Shown piece by piece: positions 1 through 10,674 of a stretch of 64,000 bases of DNA; the first letter of the stretch is position 1, and the number at the start of each line of letters is the position of its first letter. The notes below the pieces were generated by a model, which saw nothing but the letters and a program-made list of their open reading frames with translations, had not been told where the DNA came from and did no database searches. Source of the stretch: Opitutaceae bacterium. Its GTDB lineage: Bacteria; Verrucomicrobiota; Verrucomicrobiia; Opitutales; Coraliomargaritaceae. The stretch is taken from positions 426,259 through 490,258 of the forward strand of contig JBPOFY010000003.1 in the NCBI GenBank assembly GCA_051252375.1, given 5' to 3'. A program made the position numbers and the translations under genes.

Positions 1-7
1 TGAATGC

Positions 8-778
8 TTATCGTTGTGCAGCGCTGTTGCCGGCGGAGCGAAGAGTGCGACCCAATACTTGAGCCACTTCAGATGCGATTTTGCCGTATTTGTTTTTAAA
101 GTAGAAGTATGCGATCAGTGCTGGGATGGCGACGCAAAGACCACTGGCGGTGGTGATCAAGGCTTCGGAAATATTGTCAGCCAGTAGTTCTGGTTTGCCC
201 ATGCCTTGTTCGGCGATCGTGCGGAAAGCTTTGACCATACCACTGACCGTTCCGAGTAGTCCGACCATGGGTGCAACCGATGCGATAACTTGTAGGTAGT
301 TGATGAAGACGAAAGGTTTCGCGAGCTCAACAGATGCGGCTTCGTCGAAAGCTTTGTCGATGACTTGCTGGTCGAATGTGCCGTTCTCTGTGGTGACGAG
401 TCCGTTGTGTAGAATGTTCAAGAGGGGGCTACTGTGAGCTTCGCAGACCTCCATGGCTTTGGCGTAATCGTTTACAGCCAGAGCAGGCGCAACTTCTTCT
501 TCGAGGGCTTTTTGATTAATGATATTTCCAGTGCGAATTGTCATCGCGTTGTATAGGACCAAACCGACTGTCGCGATGGAGAATGCCAGCAATGGATACA
601 TTGCTAGACCACCTGTTTTAAAGGTGCCCATCAGGGTCTTGTCATCTGAAGAGCTCGACTGCGTTTCTGCTGCAGGGGCAGCAGTGTCTTGTGCTTGCAG
701 GATCACCGAGCTGAACGCAAGGCACGCTGCGACGACAAATAGGCGGATGAAGAGGGTGGGTTTGTTGTATTGGATCAT
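8..778 (-). CDS. exbB: MotA/TolQ/ExbB proton-channel family protein with N-terminal signal peptide (module copy A)
   Basis: Motifs [13 protein letters not shown] and [11 protein letters not shown]. Start refined to the ATG at 778, which overlaps the upstream TGA (ATGA). Signal-like N-terminus ending ILQA-QD. Confidence 0.9.
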   Translation of the reverse strand: MIQYNKPTLFIRLFVVAACLAFSSVILQAQDTAAPAAETQSSSSDDKTLMGTFKTGGLAMYPLLAFSIATVGLVLYNAMTIRTGNIINQKALEEEVAPALAVNDYAKAMEVCEAHSSPLLNILHNGLVTTENGTFDQQVIDKAFDEAASVELAKPFVFINYLQVIASVAPMVGLLGTVSGMVKAFRTIAEQGMGKPELLADNISEALITTASGLCVAIPALIAYFYFKNKYGKIASEVAQVLGRTLRSAGNSAAQR

Positions 779-1899
779 TCGATTATCGGTTGAGGTTTGT
801 TTAATTCTTGTTGTGCGAATTCTGCCCACTTCGAGGAGGGGAAGAATCGCATTGTTTCTTCAAAAACTGATTCGGAGACGTCATTCATCTCAAATACTTC
901 ATACGCTTTGCCTGAACGAAACATGAGTTCCGCGGTCCATGGTTCGACGGGTGTGGCGAAGGCGATGCCTTGGCTGATGGCGCGCATGGCTTCTTTAGAT
1001 TGTTCACGTTTTGAGTAGTAAATGCCGAGCACCAGCTGTTGGAGTGGGAAGTGCGCCTTGCCCGGTTTGATTTTGTCTGCGTTGGTGGCAAAATCATGGT
1101 CGTCGATCAACTGTTCCTGATAAAGCTGGCAGTAGTAGGACCAGTATTCGGCTTCTTTGGTCTCAATGGAGAGATTGCCCGAAAGCTGGGTATATAAGCC
1201 TTGGGCATCGATATAATTCTCTTTCTCTCTGAGCGCGTGCGCTAGTTGAAACACCAAGTCAGTATTGGCCAGGTCGATGGTTTTGATCGGCACCTTTTTG
1301 ATCACTTCGATGGCCTTATCAATATCTTCTTGATCCACCAGCGCTTTGGCTAAGCGAATGATCTGCTCTTCAAAATCCGGTCCAAGTTTGGCGATATTCA
1401 ATTGCTCGAATAGGAAAATAGCTTCGTCGAATTGATTCAGTTGGATGAGGCCGATGACCAGATTGTTGACCACAGAGCGGAACTGGCAGTTTTGATCCGG
1501 AATGTCCAAGAAGCGAACCATCGGATAAGCGACTTGTTTGAGCAGGTCTAAATGCCTGAGCGTGAAAGTCTCTTGTTCCAGCAAGCCAATAGCTTTGTTG
1601 TAGTCACTGTTTTCCGGATGGTTGAACCACGATTCACCTAGAGAATTAATGGGGAGTGCTGCTTCACCGGTTTGCCCAACCACGGTGAAAGCGAGAAAGC
1701 CGTCACGTATCTCGACCAAGTTGATGTTACTGGAAGAGCCTTGGTTATTCCATGTGACACGCATGGGTTGTGCGATCAACTGCTCTGCGCTTTTACGCCA
1801 GCTTTCACTCGATTGAGCGGATGCCACGCTAACCGCGAATGCCGCGCTTAAGACGAAGCCGGCGATATGGATGATGGACTGTAGCTTAAAGTTTCGCAT
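775..1899 (-). CDS. Secreted TPR-like helical protein, ~375 aa (copy A)
   Basis: Signal peptide (MRNFK...VASA-QS) and helical repeats with a TPR-like C-terminus ([14 protein letters not shown]...RFFPSSKWA). Same size and position as 20234..21358. Start refined to 1899. Confidence 0.75.
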   Translation of the reverse strand: MRNFKLQSIIHIAGFVLSAAFAVSVASAQSSESWRKSAEQLIAQPMRVTWNNQGSSSNINLVEIRDGFLAFTVVGQTGEAALPINSLGESWFNHPENSDYNKAIGLLEQETFTLRHLDLLKQVAYPMVRFLDIPDQNCQFRSVVNNLVIGLIQLNQFDEAIFLFEQLNIAKLGPDFEEQIIRLAKALVDQEDIDKAIEVIKKVPIKTIDLANTDLVFQLAHALREKENYIDAQGLYTQLSGNLSIETKEAEYWSYYCQLYQEQLIDDHDFATNADKIKPGKAHFPLQQLVLGIYYSKREQSKEAMRAISQGIAFATPVEPWTAELMFRSGKAYEVFEMNDVSESVFEETMRFFPSSKWAEFAQQELNKPQPIIE

Positions 1900-4800
1900 G
1901 GCGTTTGAGGACATCGTTGTAATCGTCAAGTTGCTGAGCATTTGGGAGTTCTAGGTAAGCGGCGTAGACTGCTTTGGCTGACTCTGCTTCATTCATATTT
2001 TCTAATAAGATACCATCTCTGTAGTATGCCTTGCCCGCCCATTCCGGGAATTGGCGATAGGAGAGGTAGGTGCGCTCATAAAAGCCGTGTGCCTTCAGCG
2101 TCTCGCCTGTGGCTTCATAGCAGCGACCGATTTTGTAGCAGGCTTCTGCCCATGCGGTGCCTCTCCAATCTCTGATTTGTAGAATTTCCAGATAGCGCGC
2201 GAGTGCGTCCTCCGTTCGTTTGCTCTCCAGTAAAATGCCAGCAGAGCGCAGAGCGATTTCAGGTGCTTTGGGCCATGTCGGGTAGCGGTCACTGATTGTG
2301 TCTAGGACTGAAACGGCGTCGGAAAAATCACCGGCGTTATAGGCGATTTTAGCTTTGGTTTCGAGCGCGTCAGGCACCGCTAGTGATTCAGGGTGGTCAA
2401 AGAGCACACGGTCGATGGCCAGTTGTGAAAGCGTGGGGTCCGATTCAAGCATTTCGGAGCCGATCCACGCGAGCGTTGCGGGGCTGGCATCGGGGAGGTC
2501 TTGAATGCTGACTTTGCTGTCTCCTGGGGGAGTCATGCCTAGTCGGTTGAAAGCAGCCAAGAGTCGTAACTCGAGTGTGCGTTGACCTTCCGTTTTGGCG
2601 GTGTTGAAAAGTGCACGAAGTTGTGATTCCGGGGTTTCCGAAGGCATCTTGCCTAGCAACTCTTTGAAGTGTGCTAGCTGTGTTTCCAGAGTTGCTTTCG
2701 CTTCAGGTAGAATGCTGGTGTCGTATTGCTGAACCGCGCCTGCAAGGACTTCTTCTTCAGTCAAAGGAACGGCGCGTGTGCCGAGTCCTTCACGCAATTC
2801 CGGATTGCGTAGCAAGCTGTCGATGATGTCGGAATCAATCTCTTTATGCTTCATCCTGTGGAGGTGGAGCGTTTTACGGTCATCGATCATGCTCAAACGG
2901 AAGGCCTCGTCATTGAGCAAACTTTCGATGAAGCCGAGAGTGCTCTCATAGTAAGTGATGAATTTGTTATACTTGCCGGCGAAGTCTTTGAAAATTTCGT
3001 CCACGCCTTCCGCTTTTGGGTTGTTGCCGAACCGAACGATGGCGTCGTAGTAGGACTGGATCATGACTTCAGGTTGGCCTGTGCTTTCGTAGGCTTGTCC
3101 AATCTGTAGAATCGCACGCGAAAGATTCCCTTCCTCTTGATACTTCTCCATATACTGATCGAGCAGCGCAATCATGTCGTCATAGCGACTGTTGGCATCG
3201 AGCAGGCGAACACTTTCAAAATATGCGTGGTCGACGAGGTTCATTTTTTGGGTGAACGTTTCAGTCAGCGCATAGTGGGCGAGGGCGGTTTCAACTTTTG
3301 CGTAGTAGGCATCGATGTCGCCTAGAAAGACTTCGGCTTCGCCGCGTAGATGGTTTGCCGGGTAGTCGGCGACCCATTCGTTGAAGCGCATCTCTGCTGC
3401 GTCGTAGTCACCTAAACCGAAGTCGCAGACTGCGCGACGGAAACGCGCTTCGACGTAGAAGTTACCTTCTTTGTGTTTCGCAATGATGATATCGAAGTGA
3501 TTGATCGCATCTTCAAATTTTTGCTCGATCACATCGCCGAGACCGACCCAGTAGTGCGCCGATTGCGACATGGGCGCATCGGGGTAAGCTTCGAGATAGC
3601 CGCCGAGCACTTCTCTAGCCTGATCGATGTCGCCAAGACGCATCCAAGCAAAGCCCATGAAGTGCACCACATTATTACCGTATAAGTGGGTGGGGTATTC
3701 TTGAACGAAAATACGTCCCAGTGCGTGAACACGATCATAGCGCTCCAGTTGGAAGTAAGCCGCGACTAGTTTAACCAGTGTTTCCCGACGATAGAGTTTG
3801 TAGTGGCTTTTCGCGATGTAGCGTTCACCTAAATCCAAAGCATCTTCGAGATAGTCGATTTCGATCGCTTGGTTGAATGCGGTGTAGTGAAAGAGTTCTG
3901 CGCTGTTATGCTCCGGATGCTCGTTGATCAAGCGCAGGTAAGCGAAATAGGCGTCATAGATCCGGTCCATGCGCTTCAGGTTGCGAGCGCGATAGTATTT
4001 GAGTGGACCAGTGTAAGACGTCTGTTTCTTGAGCTCAGCGATATATGATTTTAGGTCGCTGATTTCCTCTGTTAGTTCATCGGGCACAGGGATTTGTTTA
4101 CTTCGAAACCATTTGCTACGGATGTTCTTACGTTCAAGTAGCTGCTCGTTGTGCTCAATGATTGTCTCGATGGTGAGACAGAGGAAATACATGTAATTGG
4201 CAGAGCTGAATTCTCCCTTTTCTGAAAATTGGTTACCCAACTTGAACAGAGATAAGTTTAGGTTGGGGTCGTAGCGATTCTCTTTGGCATCCTGCAGATG
4301 TGCGATCAATGGCAGAACTTTTTCGGCCTCTTCAGTAACTGCGTAAGACTGTATTAGATAAATCGCAGCGACGTTTTTGAGGCGATAGCTGGAGAACATG
4401 TCATCGTATGCCTCGATGAAGCGCGGGCGACCTTCCTTCCAGAGCTTCTCAGAGGCGTAGCTGTAGCAAATATCTTCGAGCCATTTAGCTTTATATGATT
4501 TCGGGTAAATACCTTTGGCGATGCCGTTGAGTCCCAACTCGAGAGACTTCCGCATATCCTCCCACTCCTTTTGTAATTGATAGCAGTTGATCTCAAACTG
4601 AAGTGTTGCCGGTGCATTGATATCTGAGGGGAAACGCTTGCGCAGCTTTTTGCCGTAATCGATGGCTTGATTTGCTCCGCCTTTGCCTGGATTCGCGACG
4701 AAACGGTTGTAGTGATGGCGCGCCACTTCGTAGTAGCAGCGTGCGAGCAGACCATTCAATTCCTCGCCGCCTTCTTTGTCGCTTTCAATCCGATCGATGA

Positions 4801-4984
4801 CCTCAAGCATATGGGGCATGGATTTTTGCAATGGATTGGACTGGATGAACGACAACAACGCGACATTCGTCATGTCCTTGGGTGCATTACTGTTGCCCAT
4901 TTGAGCCCATGCACTAGTCGCAAACGTAAGCGCAAGCAGGATCGTGATAATGAGTCTGGATACTTTAGAGGGGTATGTTCTCAA
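1886..4984 (-). CDS. Large secreted tetratricopeptide-repeat protein, 1032 aa (copy A)
   Basis: Signal peptide ending SAWA-Q; many CpoB/BamD-like TPR units (e.g. [19 protein letters not shown]); TTG start; paralog of 17133..20237. Confidence 0.85.
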   Translation of the reverse strand: MRTYPSKVSRLIITILLALTFATSAWAQMGNSNAPKDMTNVALLSFIQSNPLQKSMPHMLEVIDRIESDKEGGEELNGLLARCYYEVARHHYNRFVANPGKGGANQAIDYGKKLRKRFPSDINAPATLQFEINCYQLQKEWEDMRKSLELGLNGIAKGIYPKSYKAKWLEDICYSYASEKLWKEGRPRFIEAYDDMFSSYRLKNVAAIYLIQSYAVTEEAEKVLPLIAHLQDAKENRYDPNLNLSLFKLGNQFSEKGEFSSANYMYFLCLTIETIIEHNEQLLERKNIRSKWFRSKQIPVPDELTEEISDLKSYIAELKKQTSYTGPLKYYRARNLKRMDRIYDAYFAYLRLINEHPEHNSAELFHYTAFNQAIEIDYLEDALDLGERYIAKSHYKLYRRETLVKLVAAYFQLERYDRVHALGRIFVQEYPTHLYGNNVVHFMGFAWMRLGDIDQAREVLGGYLEAYPDAPMSQSAHYWVGLGDVIEQKFEDAINHFDIIIAKHKEGNFYVEARFRRAVCDFGLGDYDAAEMRFNEWVADYPANHLRGEAEVFLGDIDAYYAKVETALAHYALTETFTQKMNLVDHAYFESVRLLDANSRYDDMIALLDQYMEKYQEEGNLSRAILQIGQAYESTGQPEVMIQSYYDAIVRFGNNPKAEGVDEIFKDFAGKYNKFITYYESTLGFIESLLNDEAFRLSMIDDRKTLHLHRMKHKEIDSDIIDSLLRNPELREGLGTRAVPLTEEEVLAGAVQQYDTSILPEAKATLETQLAHFKELLGKMPSETPESQLRALFNTAKTEGQRTLELRLLAAFNRLGMTPPGDSKVSIQDLPDASPATLAWIGSEMLESDPTLSQLAIDRVLFDHPESLAVPDALETKAKIAYNAGDFSDAVSVLDTISDRYPTWPKAPEIALRSAGILLESKRTEDALARYLEILQIRDWRGTAWAEACYKIGRCYEATGETLKAHGFYERTYLSYRQFPEWAGKAYYRDGILLENMNEAESAKAVYAAYLELPNAQQLDDYNDVLKRHAKL

Positions 4985-5187
4985 CGTCAGATGGGTTCTT
5001 TGAAATGGTGGTGTCTTTTGGTGCCAAATTATTTGGCTTCAGGCGGACATTCTAATGTGAGCAGAGTATTTATACAGCTGCTCTATGAATTGAGGTAAAA
5101 ACAAAAAATGAAGCGTCATCTATACAGTTTCAAATGAATTTCTCCAATAGTAGGCTTAAAAACGGTAATAACCACTTATTGAGCGAC

Positions 5188-7266
5188 TCAATTGAGGGGT
5201 TTAGTAACAACCTTCACGAAGTTCGGGACTTTTGAGAGTTGATTCTCGTTAAATTGTCCCGGTGCAACGATTAGTTCTCGTAGTGAGGGCATTTGGTGGA
5301 GTCGAGCCAGCCATTTAATCTCGGTATTTCTAATATCCAAGTAATGCAGGTCTAGACCATCCAGTTGCTTTAAAGCGCGGACTTGAGTGTTGCTGATATC
5401 TAGGGAGCGCAGGTCTAAGAAGCGCAGCATACTGTGACTTCGGTATGGAGAGCCTTCTTCAGGAACTTTAGGTCGGGTTAGAATGGCTAAGTTTGTGCCA
5501 CCCAGTTTGAGGTGTCCCGTTGCTTCCGAGTAATCGAAGATCTGATTTTCCCAGTGGCTGTTGTAGTCATTGGAGCATTCGAGGACGGCGTGAATGATTT
5601 TTGCTTTTTCCTTCAAAGACGTTCTACGCAGGCAATCGTAGATAACCATCTTCTCGGTGAGTGGTGCTCGGTCTTTGGGACCGTTGTGGAGTGCCTTGAT
5701 CAAGCGGATGAAATCATCCACCGGGAGTTGGTAATTTTCATCTGTAAGTGGTGCATACTCAGCGATGAGTGCTTTGAGATCTCCTTGGGTGCCTTCTCGG
5801 ATGGAATAATATCTTAATGATTCACCGAATTGCTGCGTGATAAATAGCGCGTAGGCTTTCAGTGTCCAAAGTCGATCTTTGGCGGGCGGATTATTTGCCA
5901 GCGCAAAGTCAATTTGTTCGAGTGCATTGTCGATGGTCGACATGGTGATGCTTTCATCCATGATGAGAAAATCAAGAAGCAGTAGGCTACCGCTTACGGT
6001 ATTCTGACTTTGGCTTTTCAGCAGTGCGGAGCTGATCTCTTTCTCCTGCGTATATTTTTTGAGCAACAGCTCTGCACGGTCACGGGCTGCCTCCGCGATA
6101 CTCTGTTGGACTGTAGCATGTGTTTTTGCGTCTTCAGCTTCAATGAGTGCAAGTGTCGTGTTGTCCAGTGCTTCTGCGGTGGTTCGGAAGCTGTGGCTGA
6201 GTTCCGCGTTGAACCAACTGCCCGCGCCGATGAGTAGGGCAGTGAAGCCAAGCGTGATCAAGCAGGGTTGCCGATTGCGACGGTAGAAGAGTCGGCATTC
6301 GCGTATAAAGCCCGCCTGTTCTACATCCGGGCTGAAACCTAATACATGTCGCAAGACATCCTTACGCATCGCCTCGACATTTTTATAGCGATGCTTGGGG
6401 TTTTCAGCACAGGCCTTCATTACGATAGCTGCGATAGCCGGAGAGTCAGGTGGGGAGTCTTCGCGACATTCGGTATCTCGGAGTGTGGTGAGCTCGTAGA
6501 GCAAGCAACCGAGGGCAAAAATATCAGCTTGTGCAGATTTGACTGCTCGTGGGTTTAATTGCTCCGGTGACATATAGCCTGGAGTGCCGTGCGCAGGCGG
6601 AGGGAGTTGGTCGCCGTAAAGATCGGGATCAAGCAAGGCTGCCGTCATGTGCTCCTCGCTATTGCCGCGCTCGATTTCGCCCAGACCCCAATCACAAATT
6701 TGCACTTCTCCAAAGGTGCCCACCTGTATGTTCTCAGGTTTTAAATCGAGGTGTAGGACATGTTTAGAGTGTGCATAGCCCATGGCTTCACAAACCCGAA
6801 GGAAAATGGAAAAGCGCAGCTCACTTGGGTATTCATCGAGGTTTTTATTGGCCTTTAAATCTTTCAGTATGGCTCGTAAGGAGCGCCCGCGTTTGAACTC
6901 CATCGTGAAGAATGGGCGCTCTTGCTGATCGATACCCATGTCGAATAGCTTAATGATATTCGGGTGCTCTAAGCGCGCAGTGATGTGTGCCTCGCGCAGG
7001 AAACCATCATAGCGCTCGATCGGGATGTCGGCCTTAGGGCGGGCGAGTGCCACGTATCTTTCAGTGGGGGCGTCATATACTTTGAAGACTTCTTTCATCC
7101 CACCCGCCGAGATGAGTGCCTCATCGCCATAACGAATATCGATTCGCTTCAGCGTGTGATACAGCGGGCAGACCTCTTCAGTTGGATTTTTTGAGGTGTT
7201 GTTGTCGCTTGCCTCGGCTTCTTCGTATAAACGTGTGTAGGCGCTTGATAGCGAGGGGTCTTCCAT
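5188..7266 (-). CDS. Hanks-type Ser/Thr kinase with TM helix and C-terminal leucine-rich repeats; atypical lysine position
   Basis: HPNI, HLDLKPENI, DWG, GTPGYMSPEQ, DIFALG; TM CLITLGFTALLIGAGSWF; LRR LRSLDISNTQV / LHYLDIRNTEI. Start refined to 7266, just after the ECF stop. Confidence 0.9.
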   Translation of the reverse strand: MEDPSLSSAYTRLYEEAEASDNNTSKNPTEEVCPLYHTLKRIDIRYGDEALISAGGMKEVFKVYDAPTERYVALARPKADIPIERYDGFLREAHITARLEHPNIIKLFDMGIDQQERPFFTMEFKRGRSLRAILKDLKANKNLDEYPSELRFSIFLRVCEAMGYAHSKHVLHLDLKPENIQVGTFGEVQICDWGLGEIERGNSEEHMTAALLDPDLYGDQLPPPAHGTPGYMSPEQLNPRAVKSAQADIFALGCLLYELTTLRDTECREDSPPDSPAIAAIVMKACAENPKHRYKNVEAMRKDVLRHVLGFSPDVEQAGFIRECRLFYRRNRQPCLITLGFTALLIGAGSWFNAELSHSFRTTAEALDNTTLALIEAEDAKTHATVQQSIAEAARDRAELLLKKYTQEKEISSALLKSQSQNTVSGSLLLLDFLIMDESITMSTIDNALEQIDFALANNPPAKDRLWTLKAYALFITQQFGESLRYYSIREGTQGDLKALIAEYAPLTDENYQLPVDDFIRLIKALHNGPKDRAPLTEKMVIYDCLRRTSLKEKAKIIHAVLECSNDYNSHWENQIFDYSEATGHLKLGGTNLAILTRPKVPEEGSPYRSHSMLRFLDLRSLDISNTQVRALKQLDGLDLHYLDIRNTEIKWLARLHQMPSLRELIVAPGQFNENQLSKVPNFVKVVTKPLN

Positions 7267-7267
7267 C

Positions 7268-7915
7268 TTATTTGGGCTCTCCGTTGAAGGTTTCAAGGTC
7301 GGCTTTTAATTGCTGTATCTCGTTCAATAGAGTGGTTTTTACGCGATGCTTTAAGATGTAAACTGTGTTCGTCTTGATGTTCAGCGTTTCTGCGATTTCT
7401 TCGGCTTCTTTACCTGCCATTGACATCGTGAATACTTCGATGGCGTTGCCCGAAAATTTAGTGCGCGCCTTTGCCATCGCCAATTCCACTACGTATTCCT
7501 GCCATTCTTTTTCCACCCTGGATTCAATGACAGGATCATTCGACAGGATCGGGACTTGGCCATAATCCTCTGCGTTGAGACTTTGCCCCGTGGGTTCTCT
7601 CGATTTAGAGCGGATTATATTGATCGCGGTATTGCGGATTAAGCGAGCGAACCAGGTGCGAAACTTGGCGCGTTCTGCGTCTCGCTTATAACTGTGAAGC
7701 CCCTTCCAGAGTCGTATGAAAACCATTTGCTTGGCGTCATCCAGTTCTGCACCACGAAAGCCCATGCCGGACAATACTTTGGCAACAAAAGGGGCATAGA
7801 TGCTTAACAATTCATCCCATGCGAGGTCGTCTTTGCCGTCACGAGCACGCGAAAGTAGCGTCACACGTGTTGCATAGTCGCCCTTGGATTGGCGTGAATT
7901 GGGAGTCTGGGGCAT
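7268..7915 (-). CDS. ECF-type RNA polymerase sigma-70 factor
   Basis: TRVTLLSRAR...AWDELLSIY, region 2 KFRTWFARLIRN, region 4 EIAETLNIKTNTVY; directly upstream of the kinase. Confidence 0.9.
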   Translation of the reverse strand: MPQTPNSRQSKGDYATRVTLLSRARDGKDDLAWDELLSIYAPFVAKVLSGMGFRGAELDDAKQMVFIRLWKGLHSYKRDAERAKFRTWFARLIRNTAINIIRSKSREPTGQSLNAEDYGQVPILSNDPVIESRVEKEWQEYVVELAMAKARTKFSGNAIEVFTMSMAGKEAEEIAETLNIKTNTVYILKHRVKTTLLNEIQQLKADLETFNGEPK

Positions 7916-8171
7916 GTATGTAGGGGACAGCTCTAAGGCAGAGGTGTGCTAAAATCTAGCGACTGATCGGTGTTATGCGAATTTTTTCCACTGAAATATT
8001 ATAGAGGAATAAATTTGGTTTTTCGTGCGCTAGATTGTTTAGATGCATCGTCCGTGGAGGTTTATAACTAGTGGGTTCATCACAGCTTCGCTGTCATCTT
8101 GACTCATGGAATGGAACCGACACGTTCAAACTTTTACTCAATCTGATATCCCCACTTTATCCCGTAAATTT

Positions 8172-9602
8172 ATGAAGCCACTTTTAAGATCTCTTTTCGT
8201 TTGCCTCGCTCTTTTACCAGTTGGCGCGTGTATCAGTTCTGCAGAGACGTCAAGTAAGCCGAACATTATATACATCCTAGCCGATGACCTCGGTTATGGA
8301 GACATGAGCTTCCTCGGACAGGAGAAGTTCGAGACGCCGAACATCGATAAGCTCGCCGCCAAGGGCCTCTTCTTTACGCAGCACTATTCCGGCAGCACGG
8401 TCTGTGCGCCATCGCGCTCAGCCTTACTCACAGGTCATCACACAGGGCACACATTTGTGCGTGGCAACCAAGAGGTGAAGCCAGAAGGGCAGACGCCAAT
8501 TCCGGATGAAGTGGTCTTGCTGCCTGAGATGCTCAAAGAGGCGGGTTACGTCAGTGGTATCTTTGGCAAGTGGGGACTGGGCTTCCCCGGCTCGGAAGGT
8601 GAGCCTTTGAAGCAAGGCTTCGATGTTTTCTATGGCTATAATTGTCAGCGCCTCGGGCACCATTACTATCCTTATCATCTATGGGATAATGAGACTAAAG
8701 TCATCCTCGAAGAAAATGCCGGTAAGAAGAAAGGGGTGTATGCGCCGACCCTGATACACGACCGCACATTACAATTCATCGAGGACAATAAAGACCGTCC
8801 ATTCTTTTGCTATGTGGCCTCGATCATACCACACGCCGAGCTAGCGGCGCCCGAAGAATATATGGAGCAATTTCGCGGCAAGTTGCCTGAAGTTAAAAAG
8901 TATAAAGGTTACGACTCCGGACCAGAGCTGCGCCAAGGTCCTTATCAATCACAAAGCGAGCCACGCACGGCTTTTGCCGCGATGATCGCGTTGCTCGATG
9001 ATCAAGTTGGTGAGATCGTGGCCAAGACCGAAGAGCTGGGTATTGCGGACAATACACTCATCATATTCACCTCCGATAACGGAGCCCACCAAGAAGGGGG
9101 CGCGGACCCTAAATTCTTTAATAGCAATGGTCAGTATCGCGGGCATAAGCGCGACCTCTATGAGGGTGGTGTGCACGTGCCGATGATCGCCTACTGGCCC
9201 GGCAAAGTGAAAGCCGGTGCCACCACAGATTTGATTTCTGCGTTTTGGGACATGGTGCCGACCTTTTCAGAATTAGCCGGTGTCGCTGCGCCAGAAAATG
9301 CCGATGGTATTTCGATCCTACCGACCTTGCTAGGCGTAGGTGAACAAGCACAGCACCCATATCTGTATTGGGAGTTTCACGAGCGCGGCGGACGCATCGC
9401 CGTCCGCATGGGCAAGTGGAAGGGCGTGCGTTACAACGTCTTTAAGCAGCCCAACCGTCCAATGGAACTCTACGACCTCTCGAAAGACCCCGGCGAGCAA
9501 AAGAACCTCTCCCGCATGCATCCAGAAGTCGTGCAGCAAATCGCGACAATCATGGAGCAAGCACGCACACCTTCAGAGGTATACAAGTTCGGCAACGAGT
9601 AG
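8172..9602 (+). CDS. Arylsulfatase (S1, Cys-type)
   Basis: PNIIYILADDLG, CAPSRSALLTG, GKWGLG, SDNG, YEGG; signal peptide; start refined to 8172. Confidence 0.95.
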   Translation: MKPLLRSLFVCLALLPVGACISSAETSSKPNIIYILADDLGYGDMSFLGQEKFETPNIDKLAAKGLFFTQHYSGSTVCAPSRSALLTGHHTGHTFVRGNQEVKPEGQTPIPDEVVLLPEMLKEAGYVSGIFGKWGLGFPGSEGEPLKQGFDVFYGYNCQRLGHHYYPYHLWDNETKVILEENAGKKKGVYAPTLIHDRTLQFIEDNKDRPFFCYVASIIPHAELAAPEEYMEQFRGKLPEVKKYKGYDSGPELRQGPYQSQSEPRTAFAAMIALLDDQVGEIVAKTEELGIADNTLIIFTSDNGAHQEGGADPKFFNSNGQYRGHKRDLYEGGVHVPMIAYWPGKVKAGATTDLISAFWDMVPTFSELAGVAAPENADGISILPTLLGVGEQAQHPYLYWEFHERGGRIAVRMGKWKGVRYNVFKQPNRPMELYDLSKDPGEQKNLSRMHPEVVQQIATIMEQARTPSEVYKFGNE

Positions 9603-9690
9603 TTGGAGGGTTGTGCCTCTGCCTGAGCCCCGTCGATACAGCTTGCCTGTCCCGATCTGGCCGAGCTGGTCGGAATAGCTGTTAAGTTGT

Positions 9691-9714
9691 GTAGCCACGT
9701 CACTCTGTGACGTG
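9691..9714 (+). repeat. GTAG-type REP-like palindrome
   Basis: GTAGC followed by the perfect hairpin CACGTCAC-tct-GTGACGTG (9696-9714); single copy in this window. Confidence 0.5.
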
Positions 9715-10124
9715 ATCGTCAGCAGGGGGGAGGGCACTGATGGACACGAATTTCTATAGCCATCAAAAGACACTGCAAGCGCCGCTACCCAAGCAAACCC
9801 CATCTCTCCAATAAATAATTTTGCCATCCATGATTTTGCCTAAAACACGAATGAGCCATTCACATGTATGTAACCACGAAGTTCACGGAGGCACAGAGTT
9901 TGGCAGTCGTCAGTGAAACCCTCTGAGGAACTTCGCATTTGTCGAAATCCAGTAAGAACGACTCTCAAAGATATAGACTCTTCCTAAAAGCGTGACAAAC
10001 TATCGAAGCTTGAGTTTAAAGGCAATGCGCGGCTGCGCAACGAGTTGAATATGAATCCTAACCCCTTAATTCTCGCGCAAATCGAATCCGTGAAATGCGT
10101 TGTTCAAGGACGCAGATAACACTG

Positions 10125-10674
10125 TTCGACAAAAGAAAATGAAAGGCCTTTACTCACTTCTACTAGCACTCATTTCGGTGACCTCAAGCCAAGGCATTGA
10201 ATCACCAACGGTGAGTTTGCAAATGGGAGATGGCAGTATCCACAGTTCAGATCTTTTAATATTCACTTGTCCGCCTAAAGCCGAATTACTCGGGAAAAAA
10301 GTAGAATACAGAGTATACCAGACGGAAGATCTGGAGACATGGACTCCAAGTAATGCGTATGCGATCGTAAGACTTAGATTTGATAATGAATATGTAATCA
10401 CTTTCGTCAAAGATGACCCATCGCAAGGGATATTCACAAATGGTCAGTATTTTCAAATGGTCGATGGCAGTGCGATCACTTTCTCTATGCGAGAAATCAC
10501 TGGCACCACTCAAACCTTCCCTTCGGGCCCTGAACTCATAAACTATGCGGATAGAAAAGAAGTTAACTTTTTCAAAATCGAGTATGAGGTATTCGAGGAT
10601 GACGGTCCAATCATAGTCGAACCAATCGGAGTGAGCAACGGCTAAGCTACGCTTAGCCGTCCTCATACTCACCG
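10125..10674 (+). mobile_element. Integron-like gene cassette (single ORF plus attC-like site); no integrase seen in window
   Basis: Core site G|TTCGAC at 10124-10130 is the exact reverse complement of GTCGAAC at 10616-10622; closing G|TT at 10674; ATG 8 bp after the core site. Confidence 0.6.
10139..10645 (+). CDS. Secreted hypothetical protein (cassette ORF)
   Basis: Signal peptide MKGLYSLLLALISVTSSQG; visibly more AT-rich than neighbours; stop lies inside the attC-like site; start refined to 10139. Confidence 0.7.
   Translation: MKGLYSLLLALISVTSSQGIESPTVSLQMGDGSIHSSDLLIFTCPPKAELLGKKVEYRVYQTEDLETWTPSNAYAIVRLRFDNEYVITFVKDDPSQGIFTNGQYFQMVDGSAITFSMREITGTTQTFPSGPELINYADRKEVNFFKIEYEVFEDDGPIIVEPIGVSNG

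Noticed and set aside
5188..7266. Calling the kinase a dead pseudokinase
   Set aside because: Loss of the beta3 Lys coincides with a G-loop Lys, and the other catalytic motifs are intact.
9603..10095. Remnant integron integrase upstream of the cassette
   Set aside because: No tyrosine-recombinase motifs recognisable in the listed ORFs or the frame translated by hand; a tBLASTn with IntI would settle it.
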